Assembly (NCBI GenBank): GCA_963705255.1
Contig: OY970061.1
Location: 1,088,001 to 1,152,000, forward strand
From: an uncultured Methanoregulaceae archaeon
GTDB lineage: Archaea > Halobacteriota > Methanomicrobia > Methanomicrobiales > Methanospirillaceae
Length of the DNA: 64,000 nt
Direction: 5' to 3'
The notes beneath the pieces are model-generated. The model made no database searches, was not told the origin of the DNA, and worked only from the letters and a program-made list of their open reading frames with translations. Below are positions 9,524 through 19,386 of the stretch, piece by piece (position 1 is the first letter of the stretch; each line of letters starts with the position of its first letter). The position numbers and the translations under genes are program-made.

Positions 9524-11044
9524 ATGTTGCGGGGGATCGTCTTCTTCACCGATAGCTCGGCGCATGAAGATGTGACTGTTTTTGATACTACGCTCCGGGA
9601 CGGAGAACAAACCCCGGGGATTGCATTCACCTTTGAACAGAAACTTGAGATCGCACGCCAGCTCTCCGATATCGGCGTCCATGCAATCGAGGCAGGGTTC
9701 CCTGCGTCCTCGAAGGCCGAGAAGGAGACGGTGACCGCCATCAAGAAACTCGGTCTTGAGTCAGTGATCTGCGGGCTTGCCCGCTCCACAAAAGCCGACG
9801 TGGACGCCTGTCTCGACTGCGATGTCGATCTGGTGCACGTCTTCATCCCGACCTCGGATATCCAGCGGGAGAACACGATCAACAAGAGCCGGAAGGAAGT
9901 ACTCGGGATCACGGCCGAGATCATCGGCTATATCCGGAAGCACTCCGATCTCTGCATGTTCTCCGCCATGGACGCGACGCGGACGGACTGGGACTACCTG
10001 ATCGAGGTCTTCCAGACCGCTGCCGATGCCGGGGCCACGATCATCAACGTGCCGGACACGGTGGGAGTCATCTCCCCTTCCGCGATGAAGACGCTCATCA
10101 CCCGGATCAACAGGGAGGTCAGGTGCCCTATCGACGTCCACTGCCACAACGACTTCGGCCTCGCGGTCGCCAACACGATCGCGGCCGTCGAAGCCGGCGC
10201 CTCGCAGGTGCAGGTGACCGTGAACGGGCTCGGGGAGCGGGCCGGCAACGCAGACCTCGCCCAGACCGTGATGATCATGGAGTCGATGTACCGTATCAGG
10301 ACCGGGATCAGGAAGGAACGCCTCGTCGAGACCTCGCGGCTCGTCTCCCGCTTCTCCGGCATCGGCATCCCGCCGATCCAGCCGGTCGTGGGCGAGAACG
10401 TCTTCTCGCACGAGAGCGGCATCCACTCGCACGGGGTCCTCAGGAACTCGGCCACGTTCGAGCCGGGCATCATGACCCCGGAGATGGTGGGCCACCGCCG
10501 CAGGCTCACGCTCGGGAAGCATGTGGGCCGGCACGCGGTCCACCAGATGCTCGCCGACGTCCACATTGACCCTACCGGCCCCCAGCTTGACGCAATTGTC
10601 GAGAAGGTCAAGGCCGTCGCGAACAAGGGCAAGAGGGTGACCGATGCCGATCTCTATGAGATTGCCGAGAGCGTCATGGGCATCGAGCTGAACAACAAGA
10701 CGCTCGATTTACAGGACATCGCCATCATGACCGGCAACCACGCCATCCCCACCGCAAGCGTCCGGGCGATGGTGAATGGCAGGGAACATGTCTTCTCCGC
10801 GGTAGGGAACGGCCCGGTCGATGCGGCACTCAACGCGATCCTCGGGATCACGCCCTCGAAACTCCAGCTCAAGGAGTTCAACATCGAGGCGATCTCCGGC
10901 GGTTCCGACGCGATCTGTCACGTCACTATCGCGGTCGAGGACGAGCACGGCAAGATCTTCGATGCCAGCGGAAGCGGGGACGATATTGTCCTCTCCTCGG
11001 TCGAGGCGCTGGTCAACGCGATCAACCTGATCAACCGGGTGTAG
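9524..11044 (+). CDS. 2-isopropylmalate / citramalate synthase family (LeuA/CimA) with C-terminal regulatory domain
   Basis: DTTLRDGEQTPG, HCHNDFGLAVAN, NGLGERAGNA, HESGIH and GNGPVDA. LeuA versus CimA is not resolved. Confidence 0.9.
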   Translation: MLRGIVFFTDSSAHEDVTVFDTTLRDGEQTPGIAFTFEQKLEIARQLSDIGVHAIEAGFPASSKAEKETVTAIKKLGLESVICGLARSTKADVDACLDCDVDLVHVFIPTSDIQRENTINKSRKEVLGITAEIIGYIRKHSDLCMFSAMDATRTDWDYLIEVFQTAADAGATIINVPDTVGVISPSAMKTLITRINREVRCPIDVHCHNDFGLAVANTIAAVEAGASQVQVTVNGLGERAGNADLAQTVMIMESMYRIRTGIRKERLVETSRLVSRFSGIGIPPIQPVVGENVFSHESGIHSHGVLRNSATFEPGIMTPEMVGHRRRLTLGKHVGRHAVHQMLADVHIDPTGPQLDAIVEKVKAVANKGKRVTDADLYEIAESVMGIELNNKTLDLQDIAIMTGNHAIPTASVRAMVNGREHVFSAVGNGPVDAALNAILGITPSKLQLKEFNIEAISGGSDAICHVTIAVEDEHGKIFDASGSGDDIVLSSVEALVNAINLINRV

Positions 11045-11058
11045 AGACTCGGAAAATC

Positions 11059-11634
11059 TCACTCTGTTTTTAATTTCGTGTTCCGGATGGTTACGAGAGT
11101 ATGGAACGCCGCATCGAAACCATAGAGCGAAGCCCGCACCTCAAGTTTCCCGATGATCTCATCGGTAGAGGCAAGGTAGCGCTTCGTGAAGCCCCCGTTA
11201 CGGTCCGCTGAGTCAAGGAGGTTGTCGATCCGGTCGCAGAGCTTGACGAGCGTCGCCTCCGGGGGTGCGTCGAGGATCCGGTCGAGGCTGTCGGAGAGCC
11301 GGACCGCCTTGCCCTTGATCGTGTTCTTCTTTGTCAGGGCCTCGACGATCGTGGAAATATCGGCCCGCTCATCTCCAGAAAGCGGGAAGCCGGCGATAAG
11401 CTCGTCAGTCTGAGTAATCCACTCCGGGGTGCAGTCCTCGTACACATCATGGAGCCACGCGGAGATCACCGCCACGTGGGAACCGTGGAACATCCCGACG
11501 AGCCCTGCAACACGGGCAGGGTGCGTAATATACGGGGTCTTCCGGTCCTTGCGGAACTGTCCCCGGTGCGCCCGCGAGGCATGGTCGGCAGCCATCTTGA
11601 TGACCAGGAGGCGCATCGCCGGGTCTTCGTCCAT
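11059..11634 (-). CDS. HD-domain protein of the RelA/SpoT hydrolase (Mesh1/SAH) type
   Basis: AHRGQFRKD..TPYITHP..VA, WLHDVYED, VEALTK and VKLCDRIDNL. Confidence 0.85.
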   Translation of the reverse strand: MDEDPAMRLLVIKMAADHASRAHRGQFRKDRKTPYITHPARVAGLVGMFHGSHVAVISAWLHDVYEDCTPEWITQTDELIAGFPLSGDERADISTIVEALTKKNTIKGKAVRLSDSLDRILDAPPEATLVKLCDRIDNLLDSADRNGGFTKRYLASTDEIIGKLEVRASLYGFDAAFHTLVTIRNTKLKTE

Positions 11635-11778
11635 GAACCCCGGGCAGGCAGGCATGATCAATGATCTGATGCCGGAAACGTAATGGTTTTTGGTTTTTGT
11701 GTTTAGAAGAGAGGTTTCCTGTGAAGAAAGTATTATCATGATATAATGATGGACTGATACTTTCATATCTCCCGTAAG

Positions 11779-11880
11779 GATGAACGCCGCCGCCCCCGGC
11801 GGGGCGCCCCCGCGGCGGATCAAAGAATTTTTTTAACAAGTCCTTGCCCCGCCGTGCCTCGGAGAGGCCCTGAGGCGGGG
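11779..11880 (+). repeat. Modular palindromic element, copy A (minimal form)
   Basis: Module 1 gatgaacgccgccgc-cccc-ggc-gggg-cgcccccgcggcgg and module 2 ttgccccgccgtgcctc-gga-gaggccctgaggcgggg. Shared with 22376-22620 and 16621-16666. Confidence 0.8.
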
Positions 11881-11964
11881 GCCATCATGATGAAGAGTGT
11901 GTGCTTTAACAATTCGTAAAAATAATTCCAATAAAAATTGGAATACCGATGGTCAAAAAAAGAT

Positions 11965-12327
11965 TTACGCCGCACTCGGGGCGCCCTTGCTCTCGATTGC
12001 AGCCTTGATCTGTGCCTGCAGCTGCTCGAACTTGCCCTGGAGCATCTTCTCCTGCTTCTCGAGGGACTTGATCCGCAGCTCGAGGGTCTCGACCTTCTCG
12101 GTGAGCTTGGCGTTGATGACCTCCTTCTTCTTCTGCATCATCACGGTGCCGACACTCATGTACATGACTGCGTCCTCGGCAGCGTCGCTGATCTCCTCCT
12201 GCGCACGCTTTGCCTCGTGGACGGCCATCTGGTACTGGGCCTTCTGCTGGAGGACATTCTGGAGCTGCTGCTGGAGCTGCTGGAGCATGCCGAGCTGGTT
12301 CTGGACTTTGGGGGATAGGTTGTTCAT
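11965..12327 (-). CDS. pfdB: Prefoldin beta subunit
   Basis: Gln-rich coiled coil, MYMSVGTVMM hairpin, ETLELRIKSLEKQE; conserved position after pcc1. Confidence 0.95.
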   Translation of the reverse strand: MNNLSPKVQNQLGMLQQLQQQLQNVLQQKAQYQMAVHEAKRAQEEISDAAEDAVMYMSVGTVMMQKKKEVINAKLTEKVETLELRIKSLEKQEKMLQGKFEQLQAQIKAAIESKGAPSAA

Positions 12328-12437
12328 GATCGAAACTCCTGTACATCTATCACTCCGGGGGATAAAAAGGATTATTCCCTGCACAGGCCGGAACGGGAAT
12401 TGCGGCAGGCCGGGTTTCCACGGAAACGACGGCGATT

Positions 12438-12680
12438 CTACCTGCCGACTTCCTGCATCTCCCCGGCAACGCTGACGAGCCGGAGGTACATGTTGAGCGC
12501 GGCCCGGAGCGAGGCGATGTCCTGGGCCTCCACCCGGATCACGAGTTCGTCCCCGCCCTCGAGGCAGCAGGTGACGAGCGAGCGCGGATTCACCTCGTCG
12601 GAAAGCTCCGGCCCGAGCGATCGGAAGATCCGCTCCGCATGCTCGGTCCTGAACCGGAAGATCGCTTCGTGGTCGGCCAT
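12438..12680 (-). CDS. pcc1: KEOPS complex subunit Pcc1
   Basis: 80 aa, IRVEAQDIASLRAALNMYLRL motif, gene context. Confidence 0.9.
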   Translation of the reverse strand: MADHEAIFRFRTEHAERIFRSLGPELSDEVNPRSLVTCCLEGGDELVIRVEAQDIASLRAALNMYLRLVSVAGEMQEVGR

Positions 12681-12756
12681 GGGGTACCTTCTTTCGGAGT
12701 ATTGGTAAAAAGAGCTATAGGTATCTTACCGGGGAACGGACCCGGAAGCAGCACCG

Positions 12757-12891
12757 TTACCGGGCTTTCAGTTCTTTGATCGCCGCACCGCGTTCCTTGA
12801 ACAGGATCCGGTGGCCGCAGTAGGGGCACCGTACGTTGACGTCGATCTCGACTTTCTGCTTGCACCGTGCACACTTGTAGGTACTGGCCAT
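12757..12891 (-). CDS. rpo12: RNA polymerase subunit P (Rpo12); missed by the ORF track
   Basis: Manual translation [44 protein letters not shown], a zinc ribbon directly after rpl37ae. Confidence 0.95.
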   Translation of the reverse strand: MASTYKCARCKQKVEIDVNVRCPYCGHRILFKERGAAIKELKAR

Positions 12892-12903
12892 GGTCGTATC
12901 CGG

Positions 12904-13197
12904 TTATTTTTTGATCTCTTCAACGGTGCGGTCGATCGCCCGCTGGGCAATCTTCATGGTCGGGGTCTGGGGCTGGTACGCGCCGCCGGCGAACTTGTAC
13001 CCGCACTTGCGGCATTCCCAGATACCGGTGCCTTTGCGCGCCACCGATTCCATGTCGCACTTCGGGCAGCGGTGGAGTGATCGCGAGATCTTTTCGATAT
13101 CACATACCCGCTTGCGCACGAACCGTCCGTACCTGCAGCCAAACCGCCCTGCACTTCCGGTCACTTTTCCTTTTGCCTTATGAGTCGAACTTGCCAT
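12904..13197 (-). CDS. rpl37ae: 50S ribosomal protein L37Ae (eL43)
   Basis: GRFGCRYG, CPKC...GIWECRKCGYKFAGGAY. Confidence 0.97.
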   Translation of the reverse strand: MASSTHKAKGKVTGSAGRFGCRYGRFVRKRVCDIEKISRSLHRCPKCDMESVARKGTGIWECRKCGYKFAGGAYQPQTPTMKIAQRAIDRTVEEIKK

Positions 13198-13240
13198 GCT
13201 GGATGCCCACCGATCTGTCTTCTTTTATTTGTCCTCTGAA

Positions 13241-13945
13241 TTAATATACTTGATTGAGGATCTTGACCTGTCCTTCGCCTTTGGAGAGCTTGTTGATCAG
13301 ATCGTAGAATTCGCCCTGGATGCCGGCCGGGATCCGGACCACGCAGACCCACGAGCCGTCCTTCTGCCACTCGTCTTTCTCCATGGTGGAAGCCGCGGCA
13401 ATGTCCCCGTAGGCCCTGGCGGCAAAATCGGGGGGGATCTTGATCGCGAGCCGGAGTTCCTCGAACCGGATCGGGAGGAGCGGGCGGAGGGCCTTGACCG
13501 TCTCCTTGACCTGTTCGTCGAGATGCTTGAAGGGATCGATATTGACCCGCGCCTCTTCCATGGCCATCTCTATCCGGGCCGGGGGGTGGGGGTGGCCGGT
13601 CTGGGGGTTGACTGCGTTCCGGGCTATGAACGTGATGACCTGCCTCCGCTTCTCCTCGATCATCTGCTTGCGCTGCTCGGCGGTCAGGTGGATCTCGCCC
13701 TTCTCGATGATCTTCCGGGCGACCGTCTCGAAGTCCGTGGTGTGGAAGACCTTGGTGAGCGCTTCATCCGATGCCCGGGTCGCTTTCGAGGCGTTCCCGA
13801 AGACGTTCAGCGCCGCCACCACATCCTCGATCTCGACCTTCTGGCCCTGCCTGACCAGCGCCGCCATGTGCGGGTCGACGAGGATCTCGAACCGTTCCCC
13901 GAAACTCTCGAGCCGGGCTACGACAGAATGGTCGAGCGGGATCAT
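13241..13945 (-). CDS. Ribosome maturation factor SBDS/Sdo1
   Basis: GERFEILVDP, GEIHLTAEQRK, NPQTGHPHPPARIEMAM. Confidence 0.95.
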   Translation of the reverse strand: MIPLDHSVVARLESFGERFEILVDPHMAALVRQGQKVEIEDVVAALNVFGNASKATRASDEALTKVFHTTDFETVARKIIEKGEIHLTAEQRKQMIEEKRRQVITFIARNAVNPQTGHPHPPARIEMAMEEARVNIDPFKHLDEQVKETVKALRPLLPIRFEELRLAIKIPPDFAARAYGDIAAASTMEKDEWQKDGSWVCVVRIPAGIQGEFYDLINKLSKGEGQVKILNQVY

Positions 13946-13951
13946 GCGGGA

Positions 13952-14675
13952 TCACTGCTTGAACTGCCCTACGTAGGTGGCGACTTCTTCCCTGCTCATC
14001 TTCCGGAAGACCGGTTTCTCGCGCCCGATGACACCGATCTCGACCGTGTCGACATCGAACTTACCTTCGGTTGCGGAGTGAAGGGCTTTCAGGCCGAGAA
14101 GGATGACGTCCTTGGTCTCGGACTCGGGATTGTATTCTTCCTCGAAGACCTTCATGGCTGCCGGGCGGCCGATGCCGATACCGGTCGCCTTGTACTCAAG
14201 AAGGGTGCCCGAGGGGTCCGTCTCAAAGAGCCGGCACTCGCCGTCGCTGACGCCCGCGATGAGGAGGGCGGTGCCGTACGGGCGGATGCCGCCGTACTGG
14301 GTGAGGGTCTGCATGTGGTCGCAGAGTTTCTTGGAAAGCGCCTCGACCTCGATCGGCTCGTCGTACCGAGACCCGGTTGATCTGGCACTCCACCCGCGCC
14401 CGGTCCACGAGCGCCCTGGCGTCACCGACGAGTCCGGACGAGGCAACTCCGATGTGTTCGTCAATCTTGAAGATCTTCTCAATGGACGAGGGCTCGAGGA
14501 GCTTGGAGCTCACGCGCTTGTCCACGATCAGGACGACGCCGTCCTTTGCCTTGATGCCTACAGCGGTGGTCCCGCGTTTCACGGCCTCACGGGCATACTC
14601 TACCTGATAGAGCCTGCCATCCGGCGAAAAAACCGTGATGGCCCTGTCATATCCCATCTGATATTGTGGTTGCAT
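13952..14675 (-). CDS. psmA: Proteasome alpha subunit, split by a +1 frameshift at ~14366 (probable sequencing error)
   Basis: N-terminal half [25 protein letters not shown]; C-terminal half YDEPIEVE...GGIRPYG...ETDPSG in another frame. Confidence 0.93.
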
Positions 14676-15169
14676 TATGATTCCTCCAGATCTTCTCTTG
14701 TCAAGAACAATCGGTTTGTATTTTTAAATCCCTTTTCAATCACATCAACCTTCTGTACGGAGCAGGCCGCGATATCGAACTCGTTCCCGCCGAACCTGCA
14801 CGCTCCGGGCACGGTATCTCCTGCAGGAGGGACGGGGATGCTCCGTATCCGCTCGCGGAGGCTCTCAAGGGTACCGGAAGCCGCGATGATCCGGAGGGCG
14901 AGCTTCACGTCCCGACATGACGTAACCGTGGAGAGGGCTACTGCCAGTTCCCGCTCGGTCCCGCGCAGGCAGCGGACCATGACGTACTGGCCTTCGGCTG
15001 CCACTACTGCCTGCTGGATGAGCGAGGCCGCTGCGTCCCCCCAGAGCGAAGTGATCGCATCGGAGATGGCAAAATAGAGCTCCTTCTGTTCGACCGGTGT
15101 CCCCTCGGGGTCGACACGGACAAGGAGGTACCGCCGCTTGTCGCGGAGAGTCGGGGGCCGTACTGCCAT
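14675..15169 (-). CDS. rnp2: RNase P protein Pop5/Rpp14
   Basis: [14 protein letters not shown] and ASGTLESLR; position between rnp3 and psmA. Confidence 0.9.
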   Translation of the reverse strand: MAVRPPTLRDKRRYLLVRVDPEGTPVEQKELYFAISDAITSLWGDAAASLIQQAVVAAEGQYVMVRCLRGTERELAVALSTVTSCRDVKLALRIIAASGTLESLRERIRSIPVPPAGDTVPGACRFGGNEFDIAACSVQKVDVIEKGFKNTNRLFLTREDLEES

Positions 15170-15810
15170 CAGACCACCTTCACGGCAGGATCCGGGGCGG
15201 TAGTGACGGCAGCGGCACCTGCAAGTGCCTGCTCAACCTCAGAGGGTTCCATACCGAGGAGCGAGCAGAGCCCGGAGACCTCCCGCACGGCACGCATCCC
15301 GAGCACGGAGCGGGCATGGGTGGAAACCGTCAGCGGAAACCCGAACCGGTGCTGCAGCACAAGGAGGTCACGGTAGCGGACCAGGGCCCGCTGCCGTGCG
15401 ATTCCGCGCCCTGCGATGAGCGGGGAGAGGTCGAGGTCGACTGCCACCCGGTTGTCGGCGGCCATCTTCGCGGCAACGTGGTCGAACGCGGTCTTGTCTG
15501 CCGCATGGATGCCGCGAAGGATGTGGACCCCCCGGAGACCGATCACGGCGCGGTTAAACCCATTGTCCCCGCACTGCACCGAGACGACACTGCCGGAATC
15601 TTTTGCCCGCTTCACCCGGGAGATGACGTCCCGCACCGGGGCATCCCGTATCACCATGCCGGAACGCACAGACACGCCGTAGAGTTCGGCGGCAGGTGTA
15701 TCGATAGCAACGAGGCTGTCGAAGCCGAGACCAGCCGCTTCGAGCGCCATCCGCCGCACCGAGGAGTCCCCAACGGGAAACGGCCAGACCGCTGCATCGG
15801 TGATCTTCAT
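15169..15810 (-). CDS. rnp3: RNase P protein Rpp30
   Basis: FNRAV, FDHVAAKMAADNRVAVDL, LTVSTHARS..GMRA; gene context. Confidence 0.88.
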   Translation of the reverse strand: MKITDAAVWPFPVGDSSVRRMALEAAGLGFDSLVAIDTPAAELYGVSVRSGMVIRDAPVRDVISRVKRAKDSGSVVSVQCGDNGFNRAVIGLRGVHILRGIHAADKTAFDHVAAKMAADNRVAVDLDLSPLIAGRGIARQRALVRYRDLLVLQHRFGFPLTVSTHARSVLGMRAVREVSGLCSLLGMEPSEVEQALAGAAAVTTAPDPAVKVV

Positions 15811-15839
15811 ACAGGAGACTTCGCAAAAAAAGGATAAGA

Positions 15840-16430
15840 TTATTTGCCCTGGTTCGCGTGGGAGCGGATGCTCGGGCGGGTCTTCTCGGTACCTTTCCCA
15901 CGGGTGAGCATGCCACGGCCCTTGAGACCGGCCGAGGTCTTGCCGCGCTCGGCACGCCCGCGGTGGGTCGGGTTTGCGAGCCAGGCGAGGTTCTTGTCGC
16001 TCCGGATCGACGGGTGGTGGCCATCGACGAGGATGACTTCATAGTATTTCAGTTTCCCGTCCTGCCCGACCCAGTAGGAGTTGAGCACTTCCATGTTCGG
16101 GAACTTCCTGGACGCGCGCTCTTCTGCGATCCGCTGGATGCTCTTGCCGGCCGTGAGCCGGTTCTTGCCCATCCGGGCCGAGCGGCGTGCACGGACGTAC
16201 CGCGACGCCCGGCGGCCTCCGCGGCGGACCTGGACCCGTGCGACGGCGATGCCCTGCTTGGCCTTGTAGCCGAGCGAGCGTGCGCGGTCGATGCGGGTGG
16301 GGCGCTCGACCCTGACGACGCTCCCCTCGCGGCGCCATACCTGCATCCGGTTCCAGAGGAGTTCTGCGACCTCCGACTTATCAGGTCTCTTCCATGCCTC
16401 CCTGACAAAGGCGTACATCGATTTTACCAT
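15840..16430 (-). CDS. rpl15e: 50S ribosomal protein L15e
   Basis: [39 protein letters not shown]. Confidence 0.97.
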   Translation of the reverse strand: MVKSMYAFVREAWKRPDKSEVAELLWNRMQVWRREGSVVRVERPTRIDRARSLGYKAKQGIAVARVQVRRGGRRASRYVRARRSARMGKNRLTAGKSIQRIAEERASRKFPNMEVLNSYWVGQDGKLKYYEVILVDGHHPSIRSDKNLAWLANPTHRGRAERGKTSAGLKGRGMLTRGKGTEKTRPSIRSHANQGK

Positions 16431-16500
16431 GGTGATCACCTAAGGTTCGGCCCGGTTGAGGGCTACATTCCTTTCAACGGGACGCATCCCGTGTGCCTGT
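16431..16500 (-). promoter_or_regulatory. Structured 5' leader of rpl15e (candidate eL15 ribosomal-protein leader)
   Basis: Hairpins cggga-tgcg-tcccg and gccc-tcaacc-gggc precede the AGGTGA SD and the start codon. Confidence 0.4.
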
Positions 16501-16620
16501 ATACATAGGATGGAGGGAGTATTAAAGGATTCAGGCGCAGGAACGATAATCGAAGGTCATTTTTTGATGAATGAATTGTCATATAATCAGAACGGCGCCT
16601 TGCAACAAAACAAGGAATTT

Positions 16621-16666
16621 GCGAGACTTCCCCGCCTCAGGGCCCCTACGGGGCACGGCGGAGCAA
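16621..16666 (-). repeat. Modular palindromic element, copy C (module 2, inverted)
   Basis: Reverse complement ttgctccgccgtgcccc-gta-ggggccctgaggcggggaagtctcgc. Confidence 0.75.
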
Positions 16667-16815
16667 ATTACCGGTTCGATCCGGTGATTAATCCACCTCG
16701 GGGGGTTCTATCGCCAACCTAAATCCGCGAACAGGTAAGTGAGTAGCGCAAAACCCGATAGGCGTTTTGCGCGTCGGGAATCGTTAATAGAGAGTAGACG
16801 GATGGACAACCTGTA

Positions 16816-17394
16816 TCATGGTTTTTGTAAACCGTCTTCCTTTTCCATGTTTTGTATCGCACTTTTAATTGTTCTGTCCATCAGATTTGATACTTTTTCA
16901 TCAATTGAAACTAAATTTAACATTCGACAGGCAAATAATTCGCAATAATCTTCAGTGAAATCATCTGTACCTGAAAATTTTGGAAATTTGTTTGTTGGAT
17001 AGAATTCAAGTAATTGTAAAATTGATGGAACAGAAGCGTAATCATGGAAGAAATGACCACATTCATGAAAAATTGTTAGCAATATTTGAAACTCTGATGC
17101 CATTAAATAAGGAGAATATATGTAAATATTGAATTTTCCATCATATTTTGGCATATTAGAAAATGAACATCCAATAGAATGGAATGATTTGCCCTTTTGA
17201 TATCGAATTTCACATCGAAACGGAAAAGGAATTTGATTCTCTTTAGCAATTTTTTCTGCCATTCCTTCAATTTTTTTGAGCCTTTTAATTTGTGTGGACC
17301 GAGGTGTGATAAAAGAGATTAGGCGAGTCTTATATTTTTCAAGTATTTCCCTGAAACTCCGTTTCTGGGAATTGCCAATCAGAAGATTATCCAT
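16816..17394 (-). CDS. AT-rich HEXXH zinc metallopeptidase-like protein (ImmA/IrrE-like)
   Basis: LTIFHECGHFFH plus a downstream EDYCELFA motif; much lower GC than the flanks. Confidence 0.6.
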   Translation of the reverse strand: MDNLLIGNSQKRSFREILEKYKTRLISFITPRSTQIKRLKKIEGMAEKIAKENQIPFPFRCEIRYQKGKSFHSIGCSFSNMPKYDGKFNIYIYSPYLMASEFQILLTIFHECGHFFHDYASVPSILQLLEFYPTNKFPKFSGTDDFTEDYCELFACRMLNLVSIDEKVSNLMDRTIKSAIQNMEKEDGLQKP

Positions 17395-17466
17395 TAATGG
17401 TCCTTACGGTATCCATTTTTTGAAAATGAGAACGAGTATATGTTCAATTCCCTCGACCATTCTAAT

Positions 17467-17934
17467 TCACTTCCCCTTCCTCTTCTCCACCACCCGGATC
17501 CCCTCAATCCTCGTCACCGGGTACTGCCCGTCCTTATCCTTCTCGGCCGACTTCACCATGTCCCACACCGTCAGCAGAGCAACAGACACTCCGGTCAACG
17601 CCTCCATCTCGACCCCGGTCCTCCCGGTCATCTTCACGACCACTGTCACCTCGATGAACCCGTCCCCCTCGGAAAAATCGACCGTGATCGAGCTTATCGG
17701 GACGGGGTGGCACATCGGGATGATGTTCGCGGTGTTCTTGACAGCGAGCGTGGCGGCGACCCGTGCCGTGGCGAGTACATTGCCCTTCACCACCGTCCCC
17801 TCGCGGATTGCGGCGAGCGTCTCAGGCCGGAGATAGATCCTGCCCGAGGCGGTCGCCTCGCGGGCGACCTCGCCCTTGCCGCTGATGTCCACCATCCGTG
17901 CCCTGTCATCCTCGATATGGGTAAACTCCGCCAT
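17467..17934 (-). CDS. moaC: Cyclic pyranopterin monophosphate synthase
   Basis: MVDISGK, IPMCHP, TGVEMEALTG, WDMVKSAEK. Confidence 0.97.
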   Translation of the reverse strand: MAEFTHIEDDRARMVDISGKGEVAREATASGRIYLRPETLAAIREGTVVKGNVLATARVAATLAVKNTANIIPMCHPVPISSITVDFSEGDGFIEVTVVVKMTGRTGVEMEALTGVSVALLTVWDMVKSAEKDKDGQYPVTRIEGIRVVEKRKGK

Positions 17935-19344
17935 TCACGCACGACTCCGCTCTTTGCCGTATAATATTGCCGGGATCTTTTCTACGATGTCCGAGGCGAT
18001 GAGCCCGCCGCCGCGTTCAGCAGCGACCGCCTCGCCGGCCCGCCCGTTGACATAAGCTGCGATGCACGCGACCTCGAACGCCGGGAGCGTGCAGAGGAGC
18101 GCCCCGCAGATACCGGCCAGCACGTCGCCCGTCCCCCCGACCGTCATCCCGGGGTCGCCGGTGCGGTTGAACCGCACCCGGTCCCCGTCCGTGATGATGT
18201 CGATGTGCCCCTTGAGGAGGATGGTTCCGCGGATGCCCGAGTTTTTCGCGGCACGGGCCCGGCCGGGGGTATCGTCCGGAAGCCGGGTCCCGGTGATCCG
18301 CTGGAACTCGCCGGCATGCGGGGTGTAGATGGTCTCGCCCTGCGCAACCGGCAGCGGGAGCCTGAGGGCGTCGGCATCGAAGATCGCCTTCTTGCAGCTG
18401 GGCGCAAGCACCTGAACCACCGCGTGGCTTTCCGTGCCGAGGCCATTTCCGAGTACGACGACATCGGCCCGGCGTGCAAGGGCGGCCAGCTGCTCTATAT
18501 GCTCGTTGCCTACCTTTTTTCCCTCGAGCCGTTCGTAGATGAGGTCCGGCACCGGTTCGAAGACCGGGGACGCGATCCGGACGATGTCGGCACCGGCCCG
18601 GAGTGCGCCGAGCCCCGCAAGGTAGGGCGCTCCCTGGTATGGGCCGCCACCGATGATCAGCACTTCCCCGCCTGCCCCCTTGTGCGCTTTCTGCTGCCGT
18701 TTCGGCACGAGCGTGAGGTCCCCGGGCCCGGTGCAGCACTCTGCCTCGACCGGGATGCCGATATCGACAACCTTCGACCCCTCAACCTTCGCGCGGTGGA
18801 AGGCACAGATCAGGTCGGCACGCATACCCGGCGTCGGGACATCCGCGGCAATAATCCGGGCTGCCGAGGCGTTTGCCATGGCGATGCAGGTCGCAAGCGG
18901 CTCCTGCATCGTACCAGAACTGCCGGTCCCGAGTAGGGCGTCGACAATGACATCGGCTCTGTCAAACAGGGGCTGCAGGGCAAGGAGATCATCCCGGCAT
19001 CCGAATGGATGGAGCGGGACCCGGCAATGTGAAAGTGCTGCCAGCTGGTGGGCGCAGGCGCTGCTCTTCTGCCCAAGATCGAGGTAACAGACGTCTGTAT
19101 CCGCCGCGAGCTGGAGGTGGCGTGCCGCCACCATCCCGTCGCCGCCGTTGTTCCCTCTCCCGCAGAGGACGAGCACCCGTTCGGGGCCGGAGGCAGGTAC
19201 CGATTCCGCGAGAGCCCGGCCGGCGCTCTCCATCATCTGGAGGGAGATCACACCGAGCGCTATGGCATTCGCATCGACAGCACGCATCCGGGCCGGGGTG
19301 ATGACACCGGTCTCCAGAAACCCATCCACTTGTTCAGGCCGCAT
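17935..19344 (-). CDS. nnr: Bifunctional NAD(P)HX epimerase/dehydratase
   Basis: GRGNNGGDG, DALLGTG, HKGAGG..GGGPYQGAP, TPHAGEF, GGTGDVLAG. Confidence 0.93.
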   Translation of the reverse strand: MRPEQVDGFLETGVITPARMRAVDANAIALGVISLQMMESAGRALAESVPASGPERVLVLCGRGNNGGDGMVAARHLQLAADTDVCYLDLGQKSSACAHQLAALSHCRVPLHPFGCRDDLLALQPLFDRADVIVDALLGTGSSGTMQEPLATCIAMANASAARIIAADVPTPGMRADLICAFHRAKVEGSKVVDIGIPVEAECCTGPGDLTLVPKRQQKAHKGAGGEVLIIGGGPYQGAPYLAGLGALRAGADIVRIASPVFEPVPDLIYERLEGKKVGNEHIEQLAALARRADVVVLGNGLGTESHAVVQVLAPSCKKAIFDADALRLPLPVAQGETIYTPHAGEFQRITGTRLPDDTPGRARAAKNSGIRGTILLKGHIDIITDGDRVRFNRTGDPGMTVGGTGDVLAGICGALLCTLPAFEVACIAAYVNGRAGEAVAAERGGGLIASDIVEKIPAILYGKERSRA

Positions 19345-19386
19345 ACCCAGTACAATTCATGTGTATGAACTCCTCAATAATATACA

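Noticed and set aside
11844-11880. Module 2 (cctgag) as a hammerhead ribozyme or C/D-box sRNA
   Set aside because: There is no CUGANGA plus GAAA core and no properly spaced C box (RUGAUGA) and D box pair across the copies.
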